A stretch of DNA of 64,000 bases from a virus. Position numbers and translations under genes: made by a program. This document shows positions 26,093 through 37,400 of the stretch, piece after piece (position 1 is the stretch's first letter; each line of letters starts with the position of its first letter). The stretch lies in IMG/VR virus record IMGVR_UViG_3300045988_129366, positions 1-64,000 of that record. One strand, written 5' to 3'. Below the pieces are notes generated by a model. The model had not been told where the DNA came from. It saw nothing but the letters and a program-made list of their open reading frames with translations, and searched no databases.

Positions 26093-29000
26093 TTTCTTGT
26101 TTCAATGCGCGGTTCTCGGCTTCAAGAGCCTTTATGCGCGCCTCGTGGTCATCTGCCTTGCGGGCGAGGCTCACCGATGCGAGCAACGCCGTCTTGCCGT
26201 AGTCGAGCGACATCCATCCCTGTTCGTCGGTGCGGGTCAGCTCGGGCAATATCGCGCCCCAGTACTGCGCGGTCGAGCCTACATCCACGACCCCCGTGTC
26301 CTTGCGCCTGTACCGCCACAGCGGCGCGGCTGCTATGTCGGCTATGGGTAGGGCGATGTCCGCAATCCTCGTCTTCAGCCGTGCGTCAGAGCTTGTGGAG
26401 ATGTTTGATGCCGTAACCACGCCCGCGAAAGTGACGGCGTTGGTGGCGAGGTTTATCTCCATAAGGCTGCCGCCGTGGTCTGACGTCGGGGTGTCAGGCG
26501 CGCCTTTCTTCGTGCGAATGATATTGAAATACGTGTCGCGCTTGTAGAACATCACCCCGTATGTGTTGGCTTTCGCCGTCGAGCCTATGTAGTCGAATAT
26601 CATGCCGATGTAAGCCTTGCTACGTATCGTGTTCGCCACCGAGAAGTTCGCCCCGTTCACCTCCAGCTGACTGTTCTGGTAGGCGAGGCGCACATTGTAG
26701 TCGGCGGTCGAGTTGCTGCCCGTGAAGTCGATATAGGGGGTTCCCGCAGAGCGCAGCTCCAGCCACCCCAGCCCCACGGCGGTGCCCAGTCCCGCAGCCG
26801 TCAGCGAGTCGCTGCCACCCGTGGTCACATACAAGCGGCGGCAGAAGATTTGATTCCAGTGCGATGTCGTGCTTCCGAGGTTATATGTACCCGAAGTCTG
26901 CGGCGTGATGGCGCGAGCCGTCATTGATGCCGTGAACGTCTTAGCCCCGCTGATTTCTTGTGCCGTGTTCTTAGTCACATAGTTTGCAAGCGACTGATGC
27001 GAGGTAAGCACCTTCGCGCCTCCTGAGTAAAGACATCCGTCAGTTCCGACATAAGCCGTGTCGTGCGAATATGTTTGGGGGTTCGCCGCCTGCGATGTAG
27101 CCCCTATCAGGAATATCTTGCTTGCCGTGTCCGTGCTGCCCGCAGTGTTCTTTGTGTCGGTGTTCGGGTTGGCGGGCAACTTGACCGTGATATTGGTGCC
27201 CCCGACAGCCGCCACGGTCACTGCGGTGTTCCACGAAAGGGTTGCCGCCTTGTTGCTCACGGAGGTCGATGTCAGGAACTCGCTTGCGTTGTGCGTAACG
27301 ATGTCGCCGAACGCCCCGTGCTTGCAATAGGCGAGTCGCGATTTTATCTCTACTGTGTCACCGCCGATTACACGAGCGGTGGCAGGTGTGGTGTATGCTC
27401 CGTTCCATAATTGCAGCGCAAACACTTCTATGATTTTGTTCTCAGTCCCGTCATTGTTTCCCATAGGGAGGGCGACACCATCTTCGCTTGAAAAACCTCT
27501 GCGCCATATCTCTCTTACGCTACCATCTGCCATCAGCACTTGCGTGTCAGTTCCGCCCCGCTTGGTGAACGATGTCGCAGTCACAGCACCCGCAGCAGTA
27601 ACGCGGAACTTGTCGCCGCCGCCTCCCACCTGTAGCTCCCCGTCGGTGCGGATGATTCCCGAAGCCGCATAGAGGCTCTTGCCGCCGTGGATTCTTATCC
27701 ATGTGCTGTCGGTCATACACCACCCGCCGCCGTAGGTCTCCGAGTACCAGCCCGCACTGCCGACTGTTCTCACCCATGAGTTACAGATGAACGAGGCTGC
27801 CGCGAGCTTGTAGCTGTCGTTGGTGTAGCCGACCCTGACATTGCCACCCGCTGATATGGACAGACCGTCAGCACCACCGTTGTAACACATGCTGAAATGA
27901 CCGTCACCTGCCATGCCTATGCGGAAATAGTTGGTGGTCTGATTTGCACCATAGAAGCTGATAAACGCCCCGCTTCCGGCTTCCTTGCGGTAGAGGGAGA
28001 TGCCCGGTATGACCCCGCTGTAGTTCACGGTCATCGCGCCGTCAACATTTCCCGTGCCGTCGAAGGACCGCCCCCACAATGTACGCGCCGTCTGTAGCTT
28101 GGTCGCTGATGCCACGTTGTCAAAGAGGAAAGCAACGGGATTCCAACCGCTCCAACTCTCTGTATTAATGCGAGTATAAACCCTTCCGGTTGAGTATTCC
28201 AATGCAAGCTGTTTTACACGACCGGCGACATGTCCGAGCACCATCATGGAAAAGTTCCATGAATTACCCGGCGTGGGGGACTTGTCTGAGATATTGGCAG
28301 GGTTGCCGTCAAAATAATAGAATCCTGGTGTCGTGATATTAGTTGATGCAACGGCATTAGAGCCGTTAATCAGCTTCGCTGTCACATGTCCGTTATGCAC
28401 CCCGTCAAGCAAGTCGGCATCCAAGCCGCTGCCTGCACCGTCATTGCCCGCGTGCCACACGGTGTTGTTATTATACGTAATAGCAGATGATGAAAGGATA
28501 AGCCCGTTTGTGCTTCCTACCCCAAGTGTGACATTAGGACGCAGGTAGATACTACCAGTCGCATACATGCCTAATCCCGCGCTTGCATCTGTGCCAATAC
28601 GCGCCTGCTCCGTAGTCGTACCTGTCTTAATAAAACTCAATGCGGTCTTGTTGTATGCCGCACTTGAACCCGAAGTCAATGTCAAGCACCCCGTCATGGT
28701 GTCTCCCGACACGTTCACATACCTCGGGTCGAGTGTCGCAGCGTAGTTGCCCGCATGAAGAAGCACATTGCCGTTATAGTGGGGCGTCCCGTCATCCTTT
28801 ATGCCGAGATATTTCTGAGAGGGAGTGTTATAGATGGCTGTTCCGTGTGTCGAGTGGTGAGTAAAAGCTGCCTTGTAGACACCAGCCCTTTGCAGGTATA
28901 TGAACGGCTCATTAGTGCCGGTTTGATTAAAAACAGCCAATGCAGAGGGTGCGTTAATCCCTATTGTCAACGTCCCCGTCATCGTGTCGCCTGCTTTCTT

Positions 29001-32000
29001 GACGTAAGCCGTCAGATTAGAGCCGATTACAGAGTTGAAGTTGACTGAATCGAGTATGGTAGCCCATGCCGACCAGTTTGCCGAAGCCGTGTCGCGGCGG
29101 TTACGGTAGTAGAGGCTCGCATGACCCTCATTTGTGCCTGACCACCCCATAAGCAGCTCGCCCCCGCCAATAGCAGTAGAGCCTTGCACCGCAAGCACGT
29201 TGCCGTAGGTGGTGGGGTAGCCATTGTTATAAGCCTCAAACAACCTCACACCAACGCCGTGCGCCGTGTTGTCAGTCACGGCGGTAATTCTTCCGTATGA
29301 GCGTAATACCCTTGACTCTGCCGCAAACGGGAGCGTGATGTTATTCCCCAAGCCGTTCTTTACCCATGTCAGCGCATCGCCCGTCACCCTCAGTGCGGTG
29401 AGGTACTTTGCGTCAGCCTCTGACCCGGTGAGAAACCCCGAGTCATTCGTAAGGTGCGATGTCTTTGTCGGTATGTTCACAATGTTGCCGACCCCCGGCT
29501 CATCCTCGTCGTGCATCACGTTAAATTGCACACCGCCATCTGGGAACTTCCCAGCCATGAAAGCCACGCCTGAATTGAAACGCTCCACGGTCGGATAGTC
29601 CGCTGCATCCATCGTAGCCATCGTGCCAAACCGCCCACGGTCGCAATACATGAGGTTTGAGCCTCCCGCCGCATATTGCCCGTTCCAATAGGCGATAGTG
29701 TTGATTGTCACAACCTGCCCCGATGTCCCGCCCCATCCGAGGTTGGTGACGGAAGAGAGTGTATGTTTCGTAGCCACTGAACCATCCGCCATGAGGAACT
29801 GAGAGGATGTGCCGCCCGACTTGATAATCGAGGTCGCCGTGAATGAGTTGCGCGCCACGATTCTGCCCGACTTATAGAAGTCAAGCGAGTTTTTGAGCCA
29901 AGAACCGCTTGCACCGAGAATCTCGATGGCTGCAACCCTTTCGGTGTCGCTGTCGCCGAATGAGTAAAAGGTCAGACCGCAGGCTTTGTCCTGTCTTACC
30001 GCCAACGCACCGTTGTTAAACGTCTTTCCTCCGCTGATTCTTTGTGCCGTGTTGGTTGTCACATAATTGGCGAGGCTCTGATGCTGTACAAGCGGCGTGA
30101 TGGATGTGCCGTTTATCGTGATTGTGCCGTTGGTTATCTTGGTGTTCTTGTCGGTCAGCACCGTGTGCCACGTGCCGCCCGTCCCCGATACCGTACGGTC
30201 ATCAAACACCTTTATACCCCCGTAGGCATCCACCGCAAGCCGTGCCCTGCGTATGTCATCGCCACTATTGTAACATGTCTGCGTCAGCATCATGAAGCTG
30301 CCTGCGAACGGCGTGTTCTTCATTGTCGCCGTGTTGCCGTCGGTGTCGGAGTAATACAAATGGCTGCCCGTCAGCGCGGCGATGTCCGTGTTGTTGTCGA
30401 GTTTCACCCTCTCCACATAGTTCGCGAGGAGCAGCACGGGCGCGTATTGCGCGTGGGTGTGGCTCGTTATGTTTCCCGTCAGTACCGCCTCCACCTGTGC
30501 CTTGGTGATTGCCGTCAGATAATTGCCCTTGGGCTGGAATTTGTTGTCTGCCTCCGTCTTGGTATAAATGTTGGTAAGAGCCGTCACGGGCGCATACTGC
30601 GTGTGAACGTGACTGGAGGGCGACGCGCCGATTTTGGCGGGTGTGATGTCGATTTCCGCAGCCTCCGTCTTGGGGTTGTATGTCAGCAGCGACGTGCCGT
30701 TGCCCTTTATCGTCAGCGCGTGGATGGACTGGTGTGACGTGATGGGCGTTATCGTCTTGCCGCCCAAGGTAATCACCCCGTTCTCAATCTTCGCGTCGGT
30801 GATGCCGTAGCCTGAGAGGGTGGTAGGCTTCCCGCTCGTTATCTTCTCCCAACTCAAATCAGGGATGTCGGTAGCACTGAGGTTCACCACCAGTGTCTCT
30901 CCACTCATCTTCAAGCCGCCGAACACGCCCACCTTGACACCACCCTTGACCGATGCCGAGGCTGTCGGAAGGGAGTAGGGTGCATGGGTGCTGATAACAC
31001 CGTTGGTGATGGTGATGTTTGCCCCTATCTTAACTCCGCCGAGTGTGTCAGCCGATGCTGTCGGCAGCGTGTAATTTTGCAGTCCCGTCAGTTTCAGTTT
31101 CAGTGCGTCGGTGAAATCGTTAGATGACAGACCCTTACCGTGTTCCTTGTCAACCTTGTTGCTCAAAAGGTTGGCGAGCGTGTCAGCCTCGGTGTACGTG
31201 TCGAGGAAAGCCACGACCTCCTCCCACTTGTTGATAATCGTGTCGGAGTCTTCTCCAAGTATGGCGTTTAGCTTCGTAGCGGTCTGATTCCATAAAAGTT
31301 TTTCCGCGCCTGCAACGTGGTTCGTTGTGTTGTTAAGGTGGTTTTCAAGCGTTGCCGCGCTCGCCACGTCCGCGATGTTGATGGTCGCGTCGGCGTTCGG
31401 CTTGTATGTGCCGACCGTTGTGCCGTTCTTCTGTATGGTGAGCGTGTGCAGGCTTGATGATGTCAGATAGCCCTTGCCTGTCACCCATGCTTGTGTGGCA
31501 TAGCCGCTCAACGATGGTATGTCCGACTTCTTGGCGTAGTTGTTCGTCGTGAGATAGTCCGCAAGCTGCGACTCGTCAAGACCGCCGCCCGAAGCCATGT
31601 CGTTCAACTCATCCACCGTCACCATGTCCGAGCCATCCCAACGGTAGAACTCCGATGCTTGTAGGTTGCAATACAGCACGTCTGAGCGCGGTGTCCATCC
31701 GCGTGTGGCTGTCAGCACCGACCCCATGCCTTCAGCACCGACCCAGTTGGTGAAGATGCCGTCGCTGTTTGTTATTGACGGGCGAATAGGATAACCTGAC
31801 ATGGCTACAAGCGTCTTGCTTACCGTGTCATACAGTACCGTGGGCGTACCACTGAGTGACTGCGGCAACAGAGGCTCGTCAAAATCAAGCGTGACAAAAC
31901 GGCTTATATAAACGATTATCGGCGAGTTATATATCTGCGGCTTTGTGTAGTAGTCATTGAGCGTCACATCGGTGACGTAATTTCCCTTTGGCTGGAATCT

Positions 32001-33383
32001 CTCGTCAGCCTGTGTCTTTGAGTAGTACCCCGACAGGCTTGCGGAGGTAAGGTATTGGGAATGTGTATGTGTAGTTATATTGCCCGTCAGCACACCCTCG
32101 ACCATCGCCTTTGTTATTCCGCTGAGATAGCTCGCGCCATAGGTGACGGTCAGTGTCTTCTTGTCATTGGAGAGTGATACATCCGTAACCGCATTGCCTG
32201 TGCCCGCCTCTGTCAGTATTAGCTCGTCAAGGTAGTTCTTGCCTTCAAGGGCGGAAATACGGATGTGGAGCGACTTGCCGAGTACCGCACCGAGCGCGTC
32301 AGTGGTCGATGGCGTTGCCGCCCATGTGCTGTCAGTGTAAAGCCCGAACACGGAGCCACCGCCACCCGACGAGCTGCCTATGCCCTTTGCCGACACCCCG
32401 CCGAGAGAGAAGAATGTCTTCTTCGCCATGATGGTCTGCGCCTGTGCCACCTGATTCCACTGAAGCTCCTTGCCGTTTGCATCGGCTGGCGCAAGCAACG
32501 ACGTGACAGCCGTGATAAAGTTCGCCACGTCGGTGAGTGTGCGCTTCACGCCGTCATCGCCCGTCACGTCAATGGTCACGCCCGCGCCTATCGTGAGCGC
32601 ACCGAGCGGAGTCCACTTGATGCCGTTTTCGTTGCCGAGCCATCCCGAACCGTCAGCCTTGAAGCCGATGTTGCCGTTGGCGAAATATGCAGAGCCATCC
32701 ATGCGCACAAGCGATGTGGCGGCAAGGGGTGCAATTTTACCTGACTCCGTTTTCAGTTCATCATACGTCTTGCGTGTATCGTCAGTTTTGAAAAGGTCGA
32801 GCATGTCACCGCCCCACCAAGAGCCTATCGTGCGGTCTCCGAGCTTCGGCACATAGATGCCGTTTGTCCCAGCAAGAGTATGGCGAACATTATTGTCGTC
32901 CGTGTAGCCAAGGGCGATGAGCGAGGTCAGAAGCAGACCGTGGTCTGCTACCGTGCCCTGCTTGGCAAGTGCCTCCTTGAGATAGCTGTATGTATCAAGC
33001 TCATTGTTTACATCCGTAGCGTCTGAAAGCACAGGTACGCGCACACGGTCAATCACCTTGCTTCCGTCTTTCAGTTCAAACTCGATGCTTTCCGTTGTGG
33101 CAAGCACCGCTATGGACCCGCTTGTACCTGCGGCATGTATAAGGATTCCCCCCGCACCGTCGGGCGTACGGACATAAGACAGGGTGTGGTCTGAGGTCAA
33201 CGCATACGCCGAGCTGCCCGTCACCTTATACACCGAACATGTAACCCCCGTGACCGAGAGTGTCCCGTCAAGTTTCTTCGTGATGCTGTCCACGCTCGGA
33301 ATCAACACATAGGTCTTCGCCGGGTCGCCATCCTTTAACCCCGCTATCGTGATATACCCCCTGCCTATCAGCTGTCCGCTCAT
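26070..33383 (-). CDS. Giant tail fiber protein (2437 aa) with internal repeats and a C-terminal intramolecular chaperone (peptidase S74) auto-processing domain.
   Basis: The C-terminus SDARLKTRIADIALPIADI...WRYRRKD plus a terminal coiled coil is typical of S74 endosialidase-chaperone domains. Internal repeats include KAMVEGVLTGNITTHTHSQY and KAQVEAVLTGNITSHTHAQY. Confidence 0.7.
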   Translation of the reverse strand: MSGQLIGRGYITIAGLKDGDPAKTYVLIPSVDSITKKLDGTLSVTGVTCSVYKVTGSSAYALTSDHTLSYVRTPDGAGGILIHAAGTSGSIAVLATTESIEFELKDGSKVIDRVRVPVLSDATDVNNELDTYSYLKEALAKQGTVADHGLLLTSLIALGYTDDNNVRHTLAGTNGIYVPKLGDRTIGSWWGGDMLDLFKTDDTRKTYDELKTESGKIAPLAATSLVRMDGSAYFANGNIGFKADGSGWLGNENGIKWTPLGALTIGAGVTIDVTGDDGVKRTLTDVANFITAVTSLLAPADANGKELQWNQVAQAQTIMAKKTFFSLGGVSAKGIGSSSGGGGSVFGLYTDSTWAATPSTTDALGAVLGKSLHIRISALEGKNYLDELILTEAGTGNAVTDVSLSNDKKTLTVTYGASYLSGITKAMVEGVLTGNITTHTHSQYLTSASLSGYYSKTQADERFQPKGNYVTDVTLNDYYTKPQIYNSPIIVYISRFVTLDFDEPLLPQSLSGTPTVLYDTVSKTLVAMSGYPIRPSITNSDGIFTNWVGAEGMGSVLTATRGWTPRSDVLYCNLQASEFYRWDGSDMVTVDELNDMASGGGLDESQLADYLTTNNYAKKSDIPSLSGYATQAWVTGKGYLTSSSLHTLTIQKNGTTVGTYKPNADATINIADVASAATLENHLNNTTNHVAGAEKLLWNQTATKLNAILGEDSDTIINKWEEVVAFLDTYTEADTLANLLSNKVDKEHGKGLSSNDFTDALKLKLTGLQNYTLPTASADTLGGVKIGANITITNGVISTHAPYSLPTASASVKGGVKVGVFGGLKMSGETLVVNLSATDIPDLSWEKITSGKPTTLSGYGITDAKIENGVITLGGKTITPITSHQSIHALTIKGNGTSLLTYNPKTEAAEIDITPAKIGASPSSHVHTQYAPVTALTNIYTKTEADNKFQPKGNYLTAITKAQVEAVLTGNITSHTHAQYAPVLLLANYVERVKLDNNTDIAALTGSHLYYSDTDGNTATMKNTPFAGSFMMLTQTCYNSGDDIRRARLAVDAYGGIKVFDDRTVSGTGGTWHTVLTDKNTKITNGTITINGTSITPLVQHQSLANYVTTNTAQRISGGKTFNNGALAVRQDKACGLTFYSFGDSDTERVAAIEILGASGSWLKNSLDFYKSGRIVARNSFTATSIIKSGGTSSQFLMADGSVATKHTLSSVTNLGWGGTSGQVVTINTIAYWNGQYAAGGSNLMYCDRGRFGTMATMDAADYPTVERFNSGVAFMAGKFPDGGVQFNVMHDEDEPGVGNIVNIPTKTSHLTNDSGFLTGSEADAKYLTALRVTGDALTWVKNGLGNNITLPFAAESRVLRSYGRITAVTDNTAHGVGVRLFEAYNNGYPTTYGNVLAVQGSTAIGGGELLMGWSGTNEGHASLYYRNRRDTASANWSAWATILDSVNFNSVIGSNLTAYVKKAGDTMTGTLTIGINAPSALAVFNQTGTNEPFIYLQRAGVYKAAFTHHSTHGTAIYNTPSQKYLGIKDDGTPHYNGNVLLHAGNYAATLDPRYVNVSGDTMTGCLTLTSGSSAAYNKTALSFIKTGTTTEQARIGTDASAGLGMYATGSIYLRPNVTLGVGSTNGLILSSSAITYNNNTVWHAGNDGAGSGLDADLLDGVHNGHVTAKLINGSNAVASTNITTPGFYYFDGNPANISDKSPTPGNSWNFSMMVLGHVAGRVKQLALEYSTGRVYTRINTESWSGWNPVAFLFDNVASATKLQTARTLWGRSFDGTGNVDGAMTVNYSGVIPGISLYRKEAGSGAFISFYGANQTTNYFRIGMAGDGHFSMCYNGGADGLSISAGGNVRVGYTNDSYKLAAASFICNSWVRTVGSAGWYSETYGGGWCMTDSTWIRIHGGKSLYAASGIIRTDGELQVGGGGDKFRVTAAGAVTATSFTKRGGTDTQVLMADGSVREIWRRGFSSEDGVALPMGNNDGTENKIIEVFALQLWNGAYTTPATARVIGGDTVEIKSRLAYCKHGAFGDIVTHNASEFLTSTSVSNKAATLSWNTAVTVAAVGGTNITVKLPANPNTDTKNTAGSTDTASKIFLIGATSQAANPQTYSHDTAYVGTDGCLYSGGAKVLTSHQSLANYVTKNTAQEISGAKTFTASMTARAITPQTSGTYNLGSTTSHWNQIFCRRLYVTTGGSDSLTAAGLGTAVGLGWLELRSAGTPYIDFTGSNSTADYNVRLAYQNSQLEVNGANFSVANTIRSKAYIGMIFDYIGSTAKANTYGVMFYKRDTYFNIIRTKKGAPDTPTSDHGGSLMEINLATNAVTFAGVVTASNISTSSDARLKTRIADIALPIADIAAAPLWRYRRKDTGVVDVGSTAQYWGAILPELTRTDEQGWMSLDYGKTALLASVSLARKADDHEARIKALEAENRALKQEIERIKAA

Positions 33384-33403
33384 TTCCGTAAATCTTAATC
33401 GTG

Positions 33404-34447
33404 TTATTTCTTAGTCACCTCGCACCATATCGTCGCCCTCACATCCACGTCGGCTGCCGCTACGGTAATCGGATTACCTGTAATTGTTGTGGTTGTCTTG
33501 CCGCTCCAGTTAGTTGCGGTGCCGTTCTTGTTGTATTTTGTCCATGTGTAGACAAACTGCCGTGATGCCTCGGCGGTATTTTGGTCTTCTATCTTGTTGC
33601 CGTCAAGCCACACCTCGGCAAATACCTGTGTCGAACCCGTGCCGTTCACAATCTTGTCGCCCGTGGTAGAGCGAACATACACCACATACGGGTCTGTGGC
33701 ATCCATGATGGTCTGATAACCATAGAACACCTCCGATGTATTCTCCGTGTCGGTGAACTTGGCGCGGAACGTCTGGAAATTTAGCACGTCATCGGCATGT
33801 ACCGTCAGTGTCGACACTCCGCCGGATGTGCTTACACCCGATGTGACCGCTTTCCATGTACCGTCACTAATATCAAGCCGTTCCCATGATGCCGTAACCG
33901 TCGTGTCCTGCGTCGCACCCCTGTATAGCTTTGCGACGATTGAAAGCTGCGTTAGTGCGTTACCCTTATCGAATGTATCTCCATTCGGAAGCTCGAACAC
34001 GACAAGCCCCGCCGCGCCACCGCTTTGGCTCAGTGCGAGCGTCTTGTAGCCGTTGACATGAGTGACCGCCCCCGTGTCGGGGTCGTTGTAGTCGCATTCC
34101 CACTCTATGTTGAGATATTTCAGTGCGGTCGGTATATTCGCTTTTATTGTCAACACATTGGCTGATGCCGTGTAGTTGCCGGTCGTCCCGGCAGCCGTAC
34201 CGTTGACTTTCCACACCCAGCCCGTACATGCCGGCGTAGGTGCCTGGTCTGTGCCCAATCCGGTCACATATACCTTTGCCGTCACGGTCTGCGGATTGCT
34301 CGCCGAGTAAGAGGGTGTATAGACCTTTGTGTCGGGGTTATATATCTGCGTCTCGCCTAATGACGTTGACGTGTATGCCTGTACCGCCTTGCCGTCGTTT
34401 AGGTCGACGATGGTTATCTGCCCGCTTGCTATTTTCTTCCCTGCCAT
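33404..34447 (-). CDS. Tail/baseplate structural protein (347 aa).
   Basis: Position between the hub-like and fiber genes. Beta-rich. Confidence 0.45.
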   Translation of the reverse strand: MAGKKIASGQITIVDLNDGKAVQAYTSTSLGETQIYNPDTKVYTPSYSASNPQTVTAKVYVTGLGTDQAPTPACTGWVWKVNGTAAGTTGNYTASANVLTIKANIPTALKYLNIEWECDYNDPDTGAVTHVNGYKTLALSQSGGAAGLVVFELPNGDTFDKGNALTQLSIVAKLYRGATQDTTVTASWERLDISDGTWKAVTSGVSTSGGVSTLTVHADDVLNFQTFRAKFTDTENTSEVFYGYQTIMDATDPYVVYVRSTTGDKIVNGTGSTQVFAEVWLDGNKIEDQNTAEASRQFVYTWTKYNKNGTATNWSGKTTTTITGNPITVAAADVDVRATIWCEVTKK

Positions 34448-34467
34448 TGTTATTCGGTTTTTATATG

Positions 34468-37400
34468 TTATTCCTGTTCATTTTCCATCTCATTTTCAAG
34501 CCAAGTGCCGCTTATGTCAACTTCGCACAAAAACACCGCATTGCGGTCTACATCCTCGTCAGTGACGGTGCATTGGTTGCCGATGCCCTCATGCAGCCTG
34601 TTCCATATCTTGTCGCCGGTGGTGTCGCTTGATGTACGCTTCCAAGAGAAGCGACCCTCGTAGATGCGGTCGGTCACATCCTCGTTGCGGAAATATACAT
34701 GGGCCGTCATCACGCGCTGCCCCTCGCCATTGAGAAGCACGTTGCCCTTGTCGGTGAGTATCTGCACCGTCACCGCCGACTGCTCGGCATTTTCTATGAT
34801 ATCACCCAGTGTTATGTCTCCGATTGAAGAGCCGATGTTAAGCGAGACGTTGTGGAGGTTGAATTTCCCGTTTATATATTCAATATACGAGCCGTCTCCT
34901 GCGCCGCTGTACGGCACAAGGTCTTTGTTTCCAATAAACCATCGGCTTTCGCCCGCCTGTTTTCCGACAAAGTAATACTCAACCCCTGCGGCGTTGACGG
35001 AGTTAAGGGATTCTATATAGCGTTCATATCCCCCGCCCACGACATCGCGCACCTTGACGTACTGACGTGTCTTGTCGGTATAGTTGCCGAAGTGGATTAT
35101 ATTGTCCCCCTCGGCGGGAATACCCGTGCCGTTCACATCGGTTTTGGAAAGTGTGATATTATCAATCCCGACAGCAACAACCCTACGCTTGTAGAATTTC
35201 AAGTCTGCGTTTTCCGCAGTCCACTGATTACAGAACGCCACATCATCTACGTGGAAGAGATTCGCTACAGAGCCGTTCTTTTGGTCGAAGTAGCAGACAT
35301 ATCCGTTGTCTGCCTCAACCACACGTGTCACACCGTTGATATAAGCCGCAGTGTCTATCTCCATGCCTCCGCGCCCCTCGGCTTGATTGATGACAAGCGT
35401 ATTCACACTCATATCCTGCCTTACGCTCAGGCGGTCGGTTTCTAATACCCAGTTCCCGTTCTCGTCCTTATAGAATCCCCATCCGGCACCACCTACAAGT
35501 CCTGCGCGGAAATCTCCGCTTGTCAGTAGAGAAAAGAATTGGGTAGGGGAGAGGCTTCGGTCTGATATGCCGTCCTTGCGCAGGTAGAGTTTGTCGCCGA
35601 CAGCACGGACAATCTGCTCGATGTTGCTTATCGCACCCACCTGCCGCTGCAAGGCACTTATCTCGCCTTGCATCATTGATACAGGATTGGCAGAGGTCGT
35701 GTACTCGTTGCCAAGCACAATCTCCACATCCGGATTCAGTGCCGCATCGTCGCTTGTCGGTTCGCGGTAGGTGTAGGTGATGGATTGGAGATACAGCGTC
35801 TCGCAGGCTTTTCCAGCTTCGTTGAAGAATCGTTTGTCAAAAAGCCGCAGGGAGTTGCCGACACGGAGCTGATTGATAAGGGCGTTTGGCTTTCCCTCGT
35901 TGCTGAGCCTCACGCGGTCGGTTGTCACCACCGCCGTAGGCTTGATTTCTTTTACCTCGCCGAGCTGGTCTTTCTTCCAATCGTCAAGGCGTATCTCCGC
36001 ATCGACAACGTATGGCACGTGCGTCATTTCCGTGCCGATGAACACGAATCTATCTCCGGCTTTGCCCTGTTTCTGTGTCGAGGGTACGTATAGCCCAGTT
36101 GCTTCAAGTTCGGCCTCGCTCTTGGCAAGCGTTATGCGCCAGTGACTCTGTTCTCCTTCGTATGTCTTGCTCGAATCGGGAACGGGGAAGTCAACAATCG
36201 TAAATTCGTAGTCCTCACTTATGGCAAGAGCGCCGGAAGTAAACATGATTTTTGCGGCATTGCCCTCGCGGTCGCCTAAAACAGGCTTCCACACTCTTTC
36301 GGAGTATTCCTCGTTGGTCTCCGCCGCCCCCTTGCTGCTGTCCCAAATGTTCTTTACCCAAATGTCAAAGGTCTTGCGCCACTTGCTATCCTGCAACGAA
36401 GCGGTCTGTTTCTTTGGCGATTCATAACCTACGGTAATCCAACCCTCTTTAGGAAGATGAATATTGGGGTCAAGAACAAGTTCCACCTCAAATGTCGCCC
36501 TCCATTTCCATCTACCGGCAGGAATACCACTTCCCGGATGCTCCACACCTGTAATCGCGTTTATGGCGATTATCTCGGGTGAATCCGATACCACAAGCAG
36601 GTCGGTTACATCCTTGTCGCCCCCGGTGATACCTTTGGTATAATGTGCGTTTTTTGAATATGCTCCCGTGACAATATTGGCGGTCTGACCGTCAGGGACA
36701 TCAAACGGGGGAAACTCCACCATTATCGCCCTCCTTGTTGTCATCGACGTTAGTTTCACGGTCGTTGTCGCCCCCTCGATGTTGGATATTTTTGCGTCAT
36801 TCTCCGTACTCTCCGCCACATCGTCGCTCTCAATTTGCTCAACATCCACCGCTATATCAAGCCCCGTACCTTGCAGGGTAGGGTAGATGTCATCATTGTT
36901 GTCGAGCGTATCGGGAAGCGGTCCGTACTTGTCGAGTGACGAGCCTTTCTTTACGTATGGCGAGTAGCCGGGAAGTATCTCCACCTGTTTGTCGCCCGTA
37001 GCCGGGCTAATGGTGATTTCATCCGCCACAAACTCCACCGGTGCAAACTTCGTGTCTGTGTAGCCTTTGTGGTAAGCCCACGGAGCGTATGCGTTGCTCT
37101 CCCCTACTGACGTGTAGCCGGGATATTTGGATATATGCGCCGCCTTCCATCCCTGCACGTAGCTACGGAATGTCGCGGGCATAAGGTTTTTGAAAGGGAT
37201 ATTGGCAAGCTCCTCAATCCAGTCGGGGTCGGGTCGGAAGTCGGGGTTGTTCGGGTCGGCGTCCTTGAAGTAGCGCAGAGGGATGTTCGTATCGCCTCCG
37301 CGCCCTTTGAGCATGTTGCGTATCTCTTCGCTCTGCACCTGACGCTCAACTTTCAGCAGTCCGCCCTCAAAGCCGTACTCAAATATATGGTCAACCTCCG

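Noticed and set aside
30042-30737. 231-aa plus-strand ORF inside the giant tail fiber gene. Similar cases are 37135..38040 in the hub gene, 40213..44565 ORFs in the tape measure gene and 23687..24176 ORFs.
   Set aside because: They are internal antisense frames of long GC-rich structural genes, Arg/Cys-rich, with no independent start context.
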